Source: a virus
IMG/VR virus record: IMGVR_UViG_3300002064_000002
Direction: 5' to 3' (one strand)
DNA: 64,000 bases
A program made the translations under genes and the position numbers. Positions within the stretch are counted from its first letter, which is position 1; each line of letters opens with the position of its first letter. The notes beneath the pieces are model-generated. The model was not told the DNA's origin, searched no databases, and saw only the letters and a list, made by a program, of their open reading frames with translations. Of the stretch, positions 1 to 10,477 are shown piece by piece.

Positions 1-3000
1 GTATGATATCATCTGTATTACTTAATCTTTTTTTAACCAAATCGATGAGAGGCTTGTCATCAATAGTAACTCTACTCTTATTGTCCTTTGTCTCTATCTT
101 ATATGCTCCTACGTCAGAAAGTACATTGGATACCTTAAATATATCCACTCCTTCATAATCCGTAAGTTGACTAAATCTAGGGATAAGTACTCCATCCACG
201 TATCTTTTCTGTCCCTTGATCTCTACTCTGGTATCATTCACCAGTTTATTCATAGCAGCTAGTCCTTCTTTCCACTTCTTATTAAGGGTGCCCTCTATCT
301 TTTCTTCAGATGTCTTGTTGGTTTTTACAGTACCAAAAGCTATTGATTTTATTCTATTGATCAATCGATTGGCTAGATTGAGTTTAATAGGCTCTACCTT
401 TGTGACTCCATACTCTCCTGCTATCTTACCTACGGATACTTTACTCGTATCTATCTTCTCTCCCAGACCATCTACTTTATCATCTTCCAGTTCTAATACA
501 TCATCCTGAGCAGTAGCATTACTCTTCTTGACTCCATTACCATCCTCTACTACTTCTTTTGGTGCTACTTTTATCTTTGTGTCACTGATGATTCTCTTGA
601 TGAGCTTATCTATATTCTTGAATATTTCTCCGTTAAAATTTATAACATCATCTGTAAAAAGTACTTCTACTTTTCCTATATCTGCAATATTCTCTACTCT
701 AATAATTAACTTTGTGCGGTCAATTTCATTAAGATCTTCTAACTTTCTACCTGAGAATTCATCTCTGAGTAATGTGACTTGCTTTTCTAGTTCTGACCGA
801 TTACTGGAATCCGGATCAATAGGATCTTGTTCTGCAATGTCTTTATCGGTCTTACTTTTATCCAGATCTTCTTCCTTTTTATCTATCTGATCAGTCTTCT
901 TTTCTGCTTCATCTGAAGCCAGTTCTTCCTCTGTCTTCTGTTGCTCCTGTTCTGCCTGCTTCTCTATTCTTTCCTTGAACAGGGTCATTATTTCTGCATT
1001 CTCCTTTATGAATTCCTTTAACTTCTTTTCAGAGGTAAGAAGTCCATTCATTCTCTGGTCCAGTATTTCCTTGGATGTCTTATTAAGTATGAAGTCCTGT
1101 ATCTCCACTAAATTGGATTCTTCCACAAATTCTCTATTGATCCCTAAAGTTTCTACTTTATCTATGGATTCTCTCATGGATTCTCTCAGAATGGTATCCA
1201 ATTTCTCATGAGTAGTATCAGTTGCATTTACTTCTTCCAATAGTCTTTCCAGAGTAGTGACCCTGTCCATTACCTTAGGGTCTTTTTCTATTGTCTTGAG
1301 GCTATCCTTCAGATTCTGTAATCTTAATTGAGTAGCTATTTTCCAATTCTTAAGTCCTTCTTTTATAGTGGGAGCATTCATTACATTATTAACTCCGGTC
1401 TGAAAGTCCTCCCCTACCTTTTCCAGTATGGCTCTACTATTTAGTTGCATCTCTCTTGTAACATCTTCTCTTTCTGATGCATAGTAAGCCATTTTCTTTT
1501 TCATAGAAGAATGAAGAAAGTTAGCTAATTCTTTCTTAGGAGTATTTTTTGTGAGCTTTCCTCTACTAAACTTATCAACCAATTCCATGTACCACTTATC
1601 ATCAGAAAAAGGATTAATCTGATAGATCTGCTCTATATTATCAATGGCATTCAGACTTCTTTCATAGGAACCTATTATATCAGATACGTATTCATCCCTC
1701 TGGGCTTTCCCTGTATCATCGTTCTTGAAATCTGTACCATAGGTATTATTGAATTCTTCAATATCCATGTTAGACATTTCTGCTAACCTTTGTTTTTGTA
1801 GTTCATGTGTTCCATGGTTTCTATCTGACTGAGCCATGTTAAAAGTTAGATCATGCATTCCTCTTTTTACCCCGAATGCCACTTGATCTCTTTCAGCTGC
1901 TTCCTGTATATCAGCTGCAGCTTGACTCATATTGAGATCTTGTCTAGAATAAGATGCAGTGATCCTATTATTTATCTTATCAGCTTGCGTGTTGATATTA
2001 TTAATGCCTTGACTGAATGTATCTATTCCAGTATTGAAACTGTCTGCTGCATTTCTTGCTCTTGATCTTGCTCCATATGCACTCATGATACCACCTGGGG
2101 TCTGCATCAATCCACCTGCAAATGCACCCCCTAAGAATTCCATAAGTCCTTCTTGGTTAAAGTTACCTTCTACACCAGACATGACTCCTCCTATAAAGTT
2201 GGCATTAACTCTTGGGTCATACATGTTAGTGGCCCCTATACTGGATGCTCCTTGTAAATATTCTTCAAGACCTTCTGACCCTGCATCCTTAAGTGATTCC
2301 CACGCACTCTTTCTGATAGCTCCTTTTGCTACTGCTTTCTGTTTGAGCTTATCAAGTACCACACTCTTTATACCCTGCTGCTTAGTTACTATGTTTCTTC
2401 CCATAAGAAGAGGTCCGAATTGAGCTATATTGGAAGCAGCTACAATAGGGATCACCATACCATAAACAGTTTGTTCTATGTTCTTAGCCTGCTCATGAAT
2501 CTTTGTCATCTCATCCGCATTAGGAGCATACCCGTATTGTTCAGTATGTTCCTTTACTCTGTTATTGATATACTCTGCAGAAGTCATTTTAGCATGTATA
2601 CCAGCTTCCCCCTGTGCAAATAAAAGAGACTTAAAAGCTTGCTTTCCTTTTGCTTTTATAGCTTCTCCTCCTGCCATCTGAGAAAGACTTCTTCCAGTTG
2701 GTGCTACTATCTTACTAATCTGTGTACCAAGATTCTTAAACATACTAGTTAAGTTCTTAGCATCCTTAAATAGTCTAGTAGCATTTCCTCCGATCAATGC
2801 TCCAGCATTACCTGTAAGTCCAGCTGCTGCTGATATTATAACATGGCCTATTGCCATATCTAAAACTGGTGCAATAGCTGTTCCTAAAGTGGGAAATAAT
2901 TGCTTAGCAGTAGTGTTCCAGTTTCTGAGGGAAAGGGGATTTTCTGATTGATCATTTGTAAGATATTGAGGATACATTCTTTCAATATTCTCAGTGACAT

Positions 3001-3496
3001 CAATCATCATATTGTTATAGTCCGAATCAACTATCTTATCCAAACTTCCTGTTTCTGCTACTCCTTTTACTGCTGATACTGCACTCAAATATGAGGACAG
3101 TGCATGTCCTTTCAATGTAGCTCCCATCTTAGATATGGAATCCCCCCATGAGAAAGTATGAGCTGCAGCATATCTTTCCTCCATATTGGCATATGGAGAA
3201 TAGGCTATGTTCCTATCTGTATATCTGGTAAGATCATGTGCTGATACTATTGGCTTCTTAGGTCCTTCAGCAAGAGTGTTCTGAGACATCATCTGTCCTA
3301 GCTGATCTGCTGTTAAGGAAGCATCCACTGGAGCATTTTCCTTATCTCTTATAGCAACAAGATCTCTGAAGCTAGGCATATGGAATGCTTCTAGAGAATA
3401 GCTAGGGATTATAGGATCTCCAAATACTGGTTCAGTACCGTCTTGGCTATTTATAAATTCATCTGGATTGAAATCACCTGATACATTATTGTCCAT
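1..3496 (-). CDS. N-terminal part (more than 1,160 aa) of a giant virion/ejected protein, at the position of the crAss-like giant vRNAP-associated genes; runs off the window
   Basis: Not in the ORF track because its stop lies outside the window. ATG at 3496 overlaps the stop of the upstream gene and reads MDNNVSGDFNPDEFINSQ. The frame was open in every stretch I translated, including 2-49 (LIDLVKKRLSNTDDII). It has Gly/Ala-rich hydrophobic segments (GHVIISAAAGLTGNAGALIGG, SEGLEEYLQ, EFLGGAFAGG). No polymerase motif was seen in this part. Confidence 0.8.
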   Translation of the reverse strand, partial: MDNNVSGDFNPDEFINSQDGTEPVFGDPIIPSYSLEAFHMPSFRDLVAIRDKENAPVDASLTADQLGQMMSQNTLAEGPKKPIVSAHDLTRYTDRNIAYSPYANMEERYAAAHTFSWGDSISKMGATLKGHALSSYLSAVSAVKGVAETGSLDKIVDSDYNNMMIDVTENIERMYPQYLTNDQSENPLSLRNWNTTAKQLFPTLGTAIAPVLDMAIGHVIISAAAGLTGNAGALIGGNATRLFKDAKNLTSMFKNLGTQISKIVAPTGRSLSQMAGGEAIKAKGKQAFKSLLFAQGEAGIHAKMTSAEYINNRVKEHTEQYGYAPNADEMTKIHEQAKNIEQTVYGMVIPIVAASNIAQFGPLLMGRNIVTKQQGIKSVVLDKLKQKAVAKGAIRKSAWESLKDAGSEGLEEYLQGASSIGATNMYDPRVNANFIGGVMSGVEGNFNQEGLMEFLGGAFAGGLMQTPGGIMSAYGARSRARNAADSFNTGIDTFSQGINNINTQADKINNRITASYSRQDLNMSQAAADIQEAAERDQVAFGVKRGMHDLTFNMAQSDRNHGTHELQKQRLAEMSNMDIEEFNNTYGTDFKNDDTGKAQRDEYVSDIIGSYERSLNAIDNIEQIYQINPFSDDKWYMELVDKFSRGKLTKNTPKKELANFLHSSMKKKMAYYASEREDVTREMQLNSRAILEKVGEDFQTGVNNVMNAPTIKEGLKNWKIATQLRLQNLKDSLKTIEKDPKVMDRVTTLERLLEEVNATDTTHEKLDTILRESMRESIDKVETLGINREFVEESNLVEIQDFILNKTSKEILDQRMNGLLTSEKKLKEFIKENAEIMTLFKERIEKQAEQEQQKTEEELASDEAEKKTDQIDKKEEDLDKSKTDKDIAEQDPIDPDSSNRSELEKQVTLLRDEFSGRKLEDLNEIDRTKLIIRVENIADIGKVEVLFTDDVINFNGEIFKNIDKLIKRIISDTKIKVAPKEVVEDGNGVKKSNATAQDDVLELEDDKVDGLGEKIDTSKVSVGKIAGEYGVTKVEPIKLNLANRLINRIKSIAFGTVKTNKTSEEKIEGTLNKKWKEGLAAMNKLVNDTRVEIKGQKRYVDGVLIPRFSQLTDYEGVDIFKVSNVLSDVGAYKIETKDNKSRVTIDDKPLIDLVKKRLSNTDDII

Positions 3497-6400
3497 TGCT
3501 TGTAAGTGTTTTTTCTATGTCTGGTATTACTTCATCTATTCTTGCTTCAATACTTCTTTTGTCTGCTCCTCCTGCAAAAGTTACTTCTTGACCCATTATA
3601 TTATTGCCCATCTCATCCATAAATACTACCCTGGTCTCTTGTGGGCTGATATAACTGTATCTTATTCTTATGTCTCTACCTGATTTTGTCTTTCTAGTCA
3701 AGTCATGAAATGAATTAGGGATAAGAGGTAAAGACCTATCCATGGCATCTAAAGGAGAAACCGTTTGTAGAGCTGGAGAAAATACTTCTATAAAAGGGTT
3801 GTTGATATCTAATACTTTGTTTACAGGTTCTCCTCCTGGTGGGTACATCTGATACATATATCCTGTTTCTTCCAATGCTTCTGGAGATATATGAATCTTT
3901 AGATAACCATCTTCTCCTGCCATTGCTTGAGTGACATTTGCCAAGTCTATACTATTATTGTTAAGAGGAATCAGATTACCTGATCTTAATGATCTATCTA
4001 ATTCCTTCTCTGAATCAAGAGGTGCCATACTCTGATACGCCATTCTCATAGCATATGTTCTGGCTCCTTCCATTTTATGTTTAGCGGCTGCTCCTTTATA
4101 TAAACTCTTATCAAAGCTGTATATTTTTCTTTCCACCATTTCATAGCCACCATTATTCTGTATGAAATCGGCTACTCTATCTATATTCTCTTGTCTAGTA
4201 AGCCTATCATCCATGTGGTTTGTCAACTTCTTATTTCTAGCCATTATCTGCTTATTTCTCACAGACTGCTTGGCCCCCGGACTAAGTGGATCAGCTTGCA
4301 GTTGTTTAGCTTGTTGTAAGAATATATCAGCTTGCTCATCTGTAATATCTTCTATTCTATCATAGTTCATTCCTTGCATGAGGTGCTGTCTGGCAACTTC
4401 TCTCATATTCAGAAAGTCAGGTGTATTATCAAATTCTGCAGAAAGACCTGGTACTGACATTCCATCATTTACCAGCATATGTTTCATTACTTCTTTTGTA
4501 GGAATCTTCTGGCTCTTATGTGGTGTGAGGTTCTTCAGAAGGTTTGTTTCTTGAACAAGATCATTGAATCTTCTTTTAAAAGCTCCTTGCTCTGCAGCTG
4601 ACATGTTAGAAAAAGGACTTCTAACAGCAAAGTTAAAAGTACTTTGTTGCTGATTAGTGAGTTGGTTGATGTTTAATAAAGGAGCATCACTACCAGTAAA
4701 ATACTGCACTAATTCTTTATTGTCTTTAATATCATTCATGAATTTTGTCCATTCTGAATTGACATTTTGCTTTGCCTGTACTTCCATCTCAGCAGTATAA
4801 GGAACTTGTTCTCCATCTCTACCTATAACATAGTCACCTAAATTCTGGTCTCTGGATTGCTTTGCCTTTAGTTTTACATCTTCTGATAATGCAGGATTAT
4901 CAATAATAGGGTGTTTGTAAGAATTGTTACCTAAAGTTATTCTCATTTCATCCGGATTCATATTAGGTATAAGATCAGAAAGGAACGGGTTGGGTTTCTT
5001 ATTAGCTTTATCTACAGTTTCTGCTATTGCTTCCACTCTTCTACCAGGACTTATAGTAGTAGGTGTCTTCAATGCTCCTCTAAAAAAATTACCTACACTT
5101 TCCATCCAAGTAGTTTCTGCTATGCTATCCTTTATTCTAGTTGATCCCATCATAAAGGCATTAGGATCCACTTCTCCTGAATCCAATGCTTTCACTGCAT
5201 TCTCTGCTTTCCAGGCTACATTCTGGCTATCTACCAATGCAGTAGCTTGTTGCTTAAATCCTAAATCGCTACTTCCTTGCATAACATCCTGTATACTGGC
5301 TACTTCAGGTATACCATTAAATAATGTAGCTATAACACTTCCTGCAGCTCCAGATTGTTGAGTAGGAACATATTCTCCATTTACCATCTCTAGTCCATAT
5401 TCTTCTCTTGCTTTAAGGTCCAATGCACTTTCTTTCAATCTAAAATCTCTTTCTTTGAAAGCCATATTATCCAAATGCCTGTTCTGAACATTCATCATTT
5501 GAGTCTTTCTCAATCTGATGTCCATAGCTTTTGCTGCCACCTCGTTTACTATATGCTCTTTGTTCAATCTGAAGTTAGCAAAAGTATCAGCCATACCATC
5601 TCTCATCATTCCTTTAAGACTGTTCCCAACTATAGCTTGCTTTTGAGAACTGGATAAGCTACTAAATTTATTGACATCCATCATACTTGTACTGGACAAT
5701 CTATTTGCTTGTTTCTTAAGATTAGATAGTTGTTCTTGATAACCTTGGGTAAGACTTGGATTAGTACTAGCAGCTATGGCTTTTTCTGCGCTCTTTATCT
5801 GACTATCCAGGCTTGATAGCATTTGAGCATTATTACTATTATAGTCTTTGATTATAGCATTTACAAACTGCGGGTCATTTCCTCTTTGAAGTAGTGCATA
5901 TTTTGCGTCTATTCTCAATTGTTCTGCCCCTGCTCCTCCTATATAGTTATCAAATGCACTATTAATACTTTTTCTGGTCTTTCCTTTCCCACTGTATTTC
6001 ATAGCACCAAGCCCTCCGTCTTTATCAGGAACTATCTCCATTATTTCTATTTCCTCAATATCCTTTTGTAACTCTGACATAGAGCCATAATGATCTGTAT
6101 AATTCACATACCTGGGATTCTGAAATCCGGCCATAAACTCGTCATCTCTAAGGTCTGCATTAGTGTAGTTATTAAGTTCTGACATAAATACTGCAGCATT
6201 CTTTTCTCCATACCCAGCCTTAGCAGGATCTTTTGCATTTCTTATCTTCTGAAATTCCTGTAGAGAACTTCTTACCTGCTTATCTACCTGATAGTCCTGA
6301 AATAGTTCTTTATCATTAGCTATACCATTAAAGATATCCATATACTGATTCATGACATCTCCTCTGGTAATATCTCCTAAATGTCTACCTTGCTTAGTAA

Positions 6401-6626
6401 AGAAATCATTGATCTTATTATTATGCGCCTGTGCTCTACCTTGTGCTCCCTTATTTAGAAAGTTCAGGTTCATAGCACCATTGTACAGACTTTGTAGTTC
6501 CTTGTACGATTCCTTATACTTCTGATCCTTATACTCAACTAGCTTAAGCATAAGAGCAGTATTGTTCTTAGCTGGTGCTACATTGTAATTAAATAACTGA
6601 CTTGTCTGCGGTGTAACTAATGGCAT
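3486..6626 (-). CDS. Large internal virion (cargo) protein, 1046 aa
   Basis: Long helical, Gln/Asn-rich ORF between the cargo genes and the giant gene, as in crAss-like phages. Confidence 0.65.
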   Translation of the reverse strand: MPLVTPQTSQLFNYNVAPAKNNTALMLKLVEYKDQKYKESYKELQSLYNGAMNLNFLNKGAQGRAQAHNNKINDFFTKQGRHLGDITRGDVMNQYMDIFNGIANDKELFQDYQVDKQVRSSLQEFQKIRNAKDPAKAGYGEKNAAVFMSELNNYTNADLRDDEFMAGFQNPRYVNYTDHYGSMSELQKDIEEIEIMEIVPDKDGGLGAMKYSGKGKTRKSINSAFDNYIGGAGAEQLRIDAKYALLQRGNDPQFVNAIIKDYNSNNAQMLSSLDSQIKSAEKAIAASTNPSLTQGYQEQLSNLKKQANRLSSTSMMDVNKFSSLSSSQKQAIVGNSLKGMMRDGMADTFANFRLNKEHIVNEVAAKAMDIRLRKTQMMNVQNRHLDNMAFKERDFRLKESALDLKAREEYGLEMVNGEYVPTQQSGAAGSVIATLFNGIPEVASIQDVMQGSSDLGFKQQATALVDSQNVAWKAENAVKALDSGEVDPNAFMMGSTRIKDSIAETTWMESVGNFFRGALKTPTTISPGRRVEAIAETVDKANKKPNPFLSDLIPNMNPDEMRITLGNNSYKHPIIDNPALSEDVKLKAKQSRDQNLGDYVIGRDGEQVPYTAEMEVQAKQNVNSEWTKFMNDIKDNKELVQYFTGSDAPLLNINQLTNQQQSTFNFAVRSPFSNMSAAEQGAFKRRFNDLVQETNLLKNLTPHKSQKIPTKEVMKHMLVNDGMSVPGLSAEFDNTPDFLNMREVARQHLMQGMNYDRIEDITDEQADIFLQQAKQLQADPLSPGAKQSVRNKQIMARNKKLTNHMDDRLTRQENIDRVADFIQNNGGYEMVERKIYSFDKSLYKGAAAKHKMEGARTYAMRMAYQSMAPLDSEKELDRSLRSGNLIPLNNNSIDLANVTQAMAGEDGYLKIHISPEALEETGYMYQMYPPGGEPVNKVLDINNPFIEVFSPALQTVSPLDAMDRSLPLIPNSFHDLTRKTKSGRDIRIRYSYISPQETRVVFMDEMGNNIMGQEVTFAGGADKRSIEARIDEVIPDIEKTLTSNGQ

Positions 6627-6629
6627 AAT

Positions 6630-8573
6630 TTATTGTCTTGCAGGTAAATTATTAAATTGTGGTTGAGTGAACCAAGCAGCATTACCTGGAGTTAAAGCAC
6701 CTTGTTTGAACATAACTTGAGCAGTTTCTGGATCAATTCCAAAATGCTCTCCAAATTGACTAGCTAATTCAAGCTCTTGCTTATTCTCAGCCATTCTCAT
6801 ACTATTATCAAATATCCTAGTCATTAGCTTATTTCTTTCAGCATCTGCTACAGACTTATTCTGATTGGTTTGTTGATAGTATTGGCCAAGAGCTCTGCTC
6901 TGATTCAAGTTATTTTGATTAGCTGTTTGGTACATCGACCTTACATTATTATTATAGTTATTTGCATAACCTTGATAATTCTGCTGTGCTATTTGGCTGT
7001 TACTATCCTGTAGCCTAGAATAAGCCTGATTCAAATAAGCTTGTTTCATAGATTCAGGTAATCGGCCATTATTCATCTGCTGACTTAGCATATTGAATTG
7101 TCTCTCTCCCCTAAGATTATTCTGAGGAATAAACTGTGTATAAGGCGCCTTTTGACTAACATCTGGTAAATATACATCTGGAGTTCTTACACTACCATAT
7201 TGTGCTGCCAAATATCCATTATACAGATTATTCAGAGAATCGATTCTGTTTCTTCTATCTTTTCTAAAAGGCTCTTCTTGTGGTTGATTAGGAGCTGGTA
7301 AATCTTCATAGTTATAAATAGTAAGTCCATCACTCTGTTCTATTTCTCCTTGTCCTGGTATATTAGGCTCTCCTACATTCATAGCCAAAGCTGGAGGATT
7401 CCTCTCAGGCTCAGGTAATGGAGCTTTAGGTATTTGTGGTATGTTAGAAGGAGCAGCTGTAGTATTAGTATCTATCATAAACATACGACCTCCTTGACCA
7501 TCTGCATCTATACCATCTATCTGACCAGGAAGTCCTGGTGTACCTGATATATTAACTCCCTGTCCAAATCCACTGTTTACATCTCTCCTTGTTTCATTTA
7601 TAGCTTGACCAAATACCTGACCTAGTGCTTCTCTACCTTGCTGATCTATTCCAAATCTGTCATACATTTCAGATCTATCTCCTAAATAAGCTTTTTGGTA
7701 TTTAATAAATTCATTATTAGGATCTGTAGGGTAGATTGTTTCTTCTCCCCTCATTATCCCTGAGTTATTTACTAAAGGATTATCTCCAAACCAGTATGGT
7801 GAATCCCCTAAAGGATCGATTACATTGAAATTTTGTCCATTAGGTCCTTTAAGAGCAAATTGAGTTTGTCCACTATTAAAGTTATTCTGAAGAAACTCTA
7901 TAGATTCTCTGTTATGCTTAGAATTCATGGCAAATCTACCATCACCAAGATCCTTGATATGAAAATACTGCCCATATTGCTGCTGAATCCAATTGTTTGG
8001 TGGATCTCCTGGTCCACCATATGGTTTCTTAGGTAATCCACCATACTTAAGATTATCCATCTTAGCTCTACTAGAATCTACACTCTCTTGATATGAACCA
8101 GTTAATCTTTCAAGATCATTGTCCATTCCTTTAGAAGCCTTATGACTTTCTTGTAGTACAGATAGTGATTCTAGTATAGCCATGTATTTCTGCTTCATAA
8201 TCTGAGCAGTACGTACAGTAAGAGGATCTTTGGTAAAAGGATCGTTAATAAGTTTATCCCAATAACCAGTATCAAACTGCTTAGATATATCAGCAATAGT
8301 TTTTTTCTTATCCCAACTCTTTCCAAAGATTTCTTTTAAGAATGTCTCAGATAACTTAAGATCTCCTATTTTAGTATTCTTAGCTATAGATAGTTTTCTA
8401 TTATCAGAAAATACATAGTCATCTGGAGATAGCATTACATCAACTCCACCAGCACTGTGTCTAGGTCCTTTGAATTCATAAGAGTTACCAGTGCTCTTTT
8501 GGAGCATCGTCTCAGAACCTTCTGTCTCAACATTGTCCAGAGAACCCATATTTTGTAGTGGGTACTTATCCAT
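6630..8573 (-). CDS. crAss-like cargo protein (C1-like), 647 aa
   Basis: N-terminal VETEGSE..GPRHSAGGVDV..DYVFSD motif of the kind seen in crAss-like cargo proteins; KYGG/PYGG motifs; Gln/Asn-rich C-terminus; located downstream of the muzzle gene. Confidence 0.65.
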   Translation of the reverse strand: MDKYPLQNMGSLDNVETEGSETMLQKSTGNSYEFKGPRHSAGGVDVMLSPDDYVFSDNRKLSIAKNTKIGDLKLSETFLKEIFGKSWDKKKTIADISKQFDTGYWDKLINDPFTKDPLTVRTAQIMKQKYMAILESLSVLQESHKASKGMDNDLERLTGSYQESVDSSRAKMDNLKYGGLPKKPYGGPGDPPNNWIQQQYGQYFHIKDLGDGRFAMNSKHNRESIEFLQNNFNSGQTQFALKGPNGQNFNVIDPLGDSPYWFGDNPLVNNSGIMRGEETIYPTDPNNEFIKYQKAYLGDRSEMYDRFGIDQQGREALGQVFGQAINETRRDVNSGFGQGVNISGTPGLPGQIDGIDADGQGGRMFMIDTNTTAAPSNIPQIPKAPLPEPERNPPALAMNVGEPNIPGQGEIEQSDGLTIYNYEDLPAPNQPQEEPFRKDRRNRIDSLNNLYNGYLAAQYGSVRTPDVYLPDVSQKAPYTQFIPQNNLRGERQFNMLSQQMNNGRLPESMKQAYLNQAYSRLQDSNSQIAQQNYQGYANNYNNNVRSMYQTANQNNLNQSRALGQYYQQTNQNKSVADAERNKLMTRIFDNSMRMAENKQELELASQFGEHFGIDPETAQVMFKQGALTPGNAAWFTQPQFNNLPARQ

Positions 8574-9760
8574 TATTTTTTCTTTTTCTTACGTTTCTTA
8601 GTTGGCTTTGAATAATTAGCTATTCCTCCATATCTCTGAAGTCTGTTAAACATCTGATCTACTTTCTGATTACTGTCTCTGTAAGATTCTAGTAAGTCTC
8701 CATCTGGATTATAGATTTCTACTAAAGATTCTCCATTGTTACCAGTAGCAGTTGTCTCATAGATGTAACCTGTTTCAGGATCTGTTCTTGTAATGCTACC
8801 CTGATTTCTGCGACTATATGTATTGTCTCTAACTGTATTACCTACATTAAAAGGACTATATCTATTGTCAATAATCTGATTTCTATTTAAAGTATTATTT
8901 CTAGAAATAACTCTGTCAGTTATCTGGTCTAATTTTGTAGGTCTAGGATCATAATAAGAGTTTGAAGATCCTGTATATCTATCATCTACCATATTACGTC
9001 TAGCTACTGGTCTGTTTGTAGGTCTAGCTACTGGTTGATTTCTCTCTATTCTAGTTTCATCAAAAGTTCCTCTAAGATGCTCTGGAGTATCTGCCTCACT
9101 AACTGCTTGTCCATTTCTAGTTAAGACTCCATCCAAGTAATATAGTCCTTCTGGATAAGTACCGTTATTTTCATTGAATACAGTTCTCTTAGCATTCTGT
9201 ACAGCACCTGCTTCACTTGGTAGATCAGCAAAGCTAGTTCTAAGACTTGGATCTCTAGGATCTGGCATTAGATTATTGTTAGCTGTAATAGGATCATTAC
9301 CTACTGTCTGGTATTGATCAAACACCTCTGGATCGTATTGAGGATCAAATCCTTCATTAAAGTTATTACTGAATTGATCTGTACCAGGGTTCCTTCTGGC
9401 TCTTCTTCTAGCTTGTCTAAAAGCTCTCCTTTCCTGTCTTCTTTCTTTAGGGGTTGTACCATCTTCATAATACCCATATCTACCTTGTGGTAAACCTTGT
9501 TGAGTCTGCTGTTGAGGTACTTCAGGTATCTGCTGGTTAAATTCTAATGCACCATTATCCTGCCCTTCAGGAAATAATTCATTCTGTAATGCAGGAAACC
9601 CGGCCAGTATGCCGGACAGAGCAACGTTGTATTGTTGAGGATGCTGAGACAGTTCCTTTAGTTTTTCTTTATCATGATCCACTTGATCTGGACTAATGGA
9701 ATTTAAGTAGAAATCTACTATCCTGTCAGCATATGGAGTTAGGTCTATATTATTGTTCAT
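8573..9760 (-). CDS. Putative virion cargo protein, 395 aa
   Basis: Translationally coupled ORF in the structural operon; RYG motifs; low-complexity sequence. Confidence 0.55.
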   Translation of the reverse strand: MNNNIDLTPYADRIVDFYLNSISPDQVDHDKEKLKELSQHPQQYNVALSGILAGFPALQNELFPEGQDNGALEFNQQIPEVPQQQTQQGLPQGRYGYYEDGTTPKERRQERRAFRQARRRARRNPGTDQFSNNFNEGFDPQYDPEVFDQYQTVGNDPITANNNLMPDPRDPSLRTSFADLPSEAGAVQNAKRTVFNENNGTYPEGLYYLDGVLTRNGQAVSEADTPEHLRGTFDETRIERNQPVARPTNRPVARRNMVDDRYTGSSNSYYDPRPTKLDQITDRVISRNNTLNRNQIIDNRYSPFNVGNTVRDNTYSRRNQGSITRTDPETGYIYETTATGNNGESLVEIYNPDGDLLESYRDSNQKVDQMFNRLQRYGGIANYSKPTKKRKKKKK

Positions 9761-9797
9761 AATTATTATTATTTACTTTTATAAGTTAAGCATTTTT

Positions 9798-10475
9798 CTA
9801 GTAATAAGCCAAATTGTACTTAGGATTGTTGGAATAGTTAGGTTTGAATCCTGTAGAATACGCTGATCTTTCCACTCCTTGTACTGCAAGAGGTTGACCA
9901 TGCACACTGGAATACCCTACATCTTTTGACCTTCCTATCTGCTTATTGTTATGTATAGCTGTACTAGAATCCCAATAATTACTTATTTGAGGAAAGTTTT
10001 TACTGTAGGTCTTATTATAGGGCCTGTTATCTAATATGGTACCATTACCCACTACTCCACCATGTACTGCTTTTGGTTTAGTCTTGTATACTGGAATACC
10101 ACCATATCTTCCTACTGTAGTTACATCTCCACCAAATCCTACATGCGGATCATTATATCCAAATGTCTGTTTAGGAGTATCTACAAATGAATCATAATAC
10201 TGATTAGATCTTCTGTTATCATAGTAGTCCTGGTTCACTCTACCTTGATTATAATTATATAGTGCATTGGATCCTGCATTGAGAGCTCCAAATGCTCCCA
10301 TTAGATTTGCTCTGCTATTTGTCTGTCCTCTAGCTATAGAACTATCATAGTTACTTTGGTAACTAGGTAGCGCTCCTAGTAGTGAGTTTACAGAATCTTG
10401 CTGATATCCAGTATAGGGATTGTAATACGTTCCATACCTGGCTTCTTTCTTTTTCATATATCTTCCCAAGCTCAT
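9798..10475 (-). CDS. Putative virion cargo protein, 225 aa
   Basis: Directly follows the muzzle gene; Tyr/Gly/Asn-rich; RYGT, RYGG and VHGG motifs. Confidence 0.55.
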   Translation of the reverse strand: MSLGRYMKKKEARYGTYYNPYTGYQQDSVNSLLGALPSYQSNYDSSIARGQTNSRANLMGAFGALNAGSNALYNYNQGRVNQDYYDNRRSNQYYDSFVDTPKQTFGYNDPHVGFGGDVTTVGRYGGIPVYKTKPKAVHGGVVGNGTILDNRPYNKTYSKNFPQISNYWDSSTAIHNNKQIGRSKDVGYSSVHGQPLAVQGVERSAYSTGFKPNYSNNPKYNLAYY

Positions 10476-10477
10476 AA

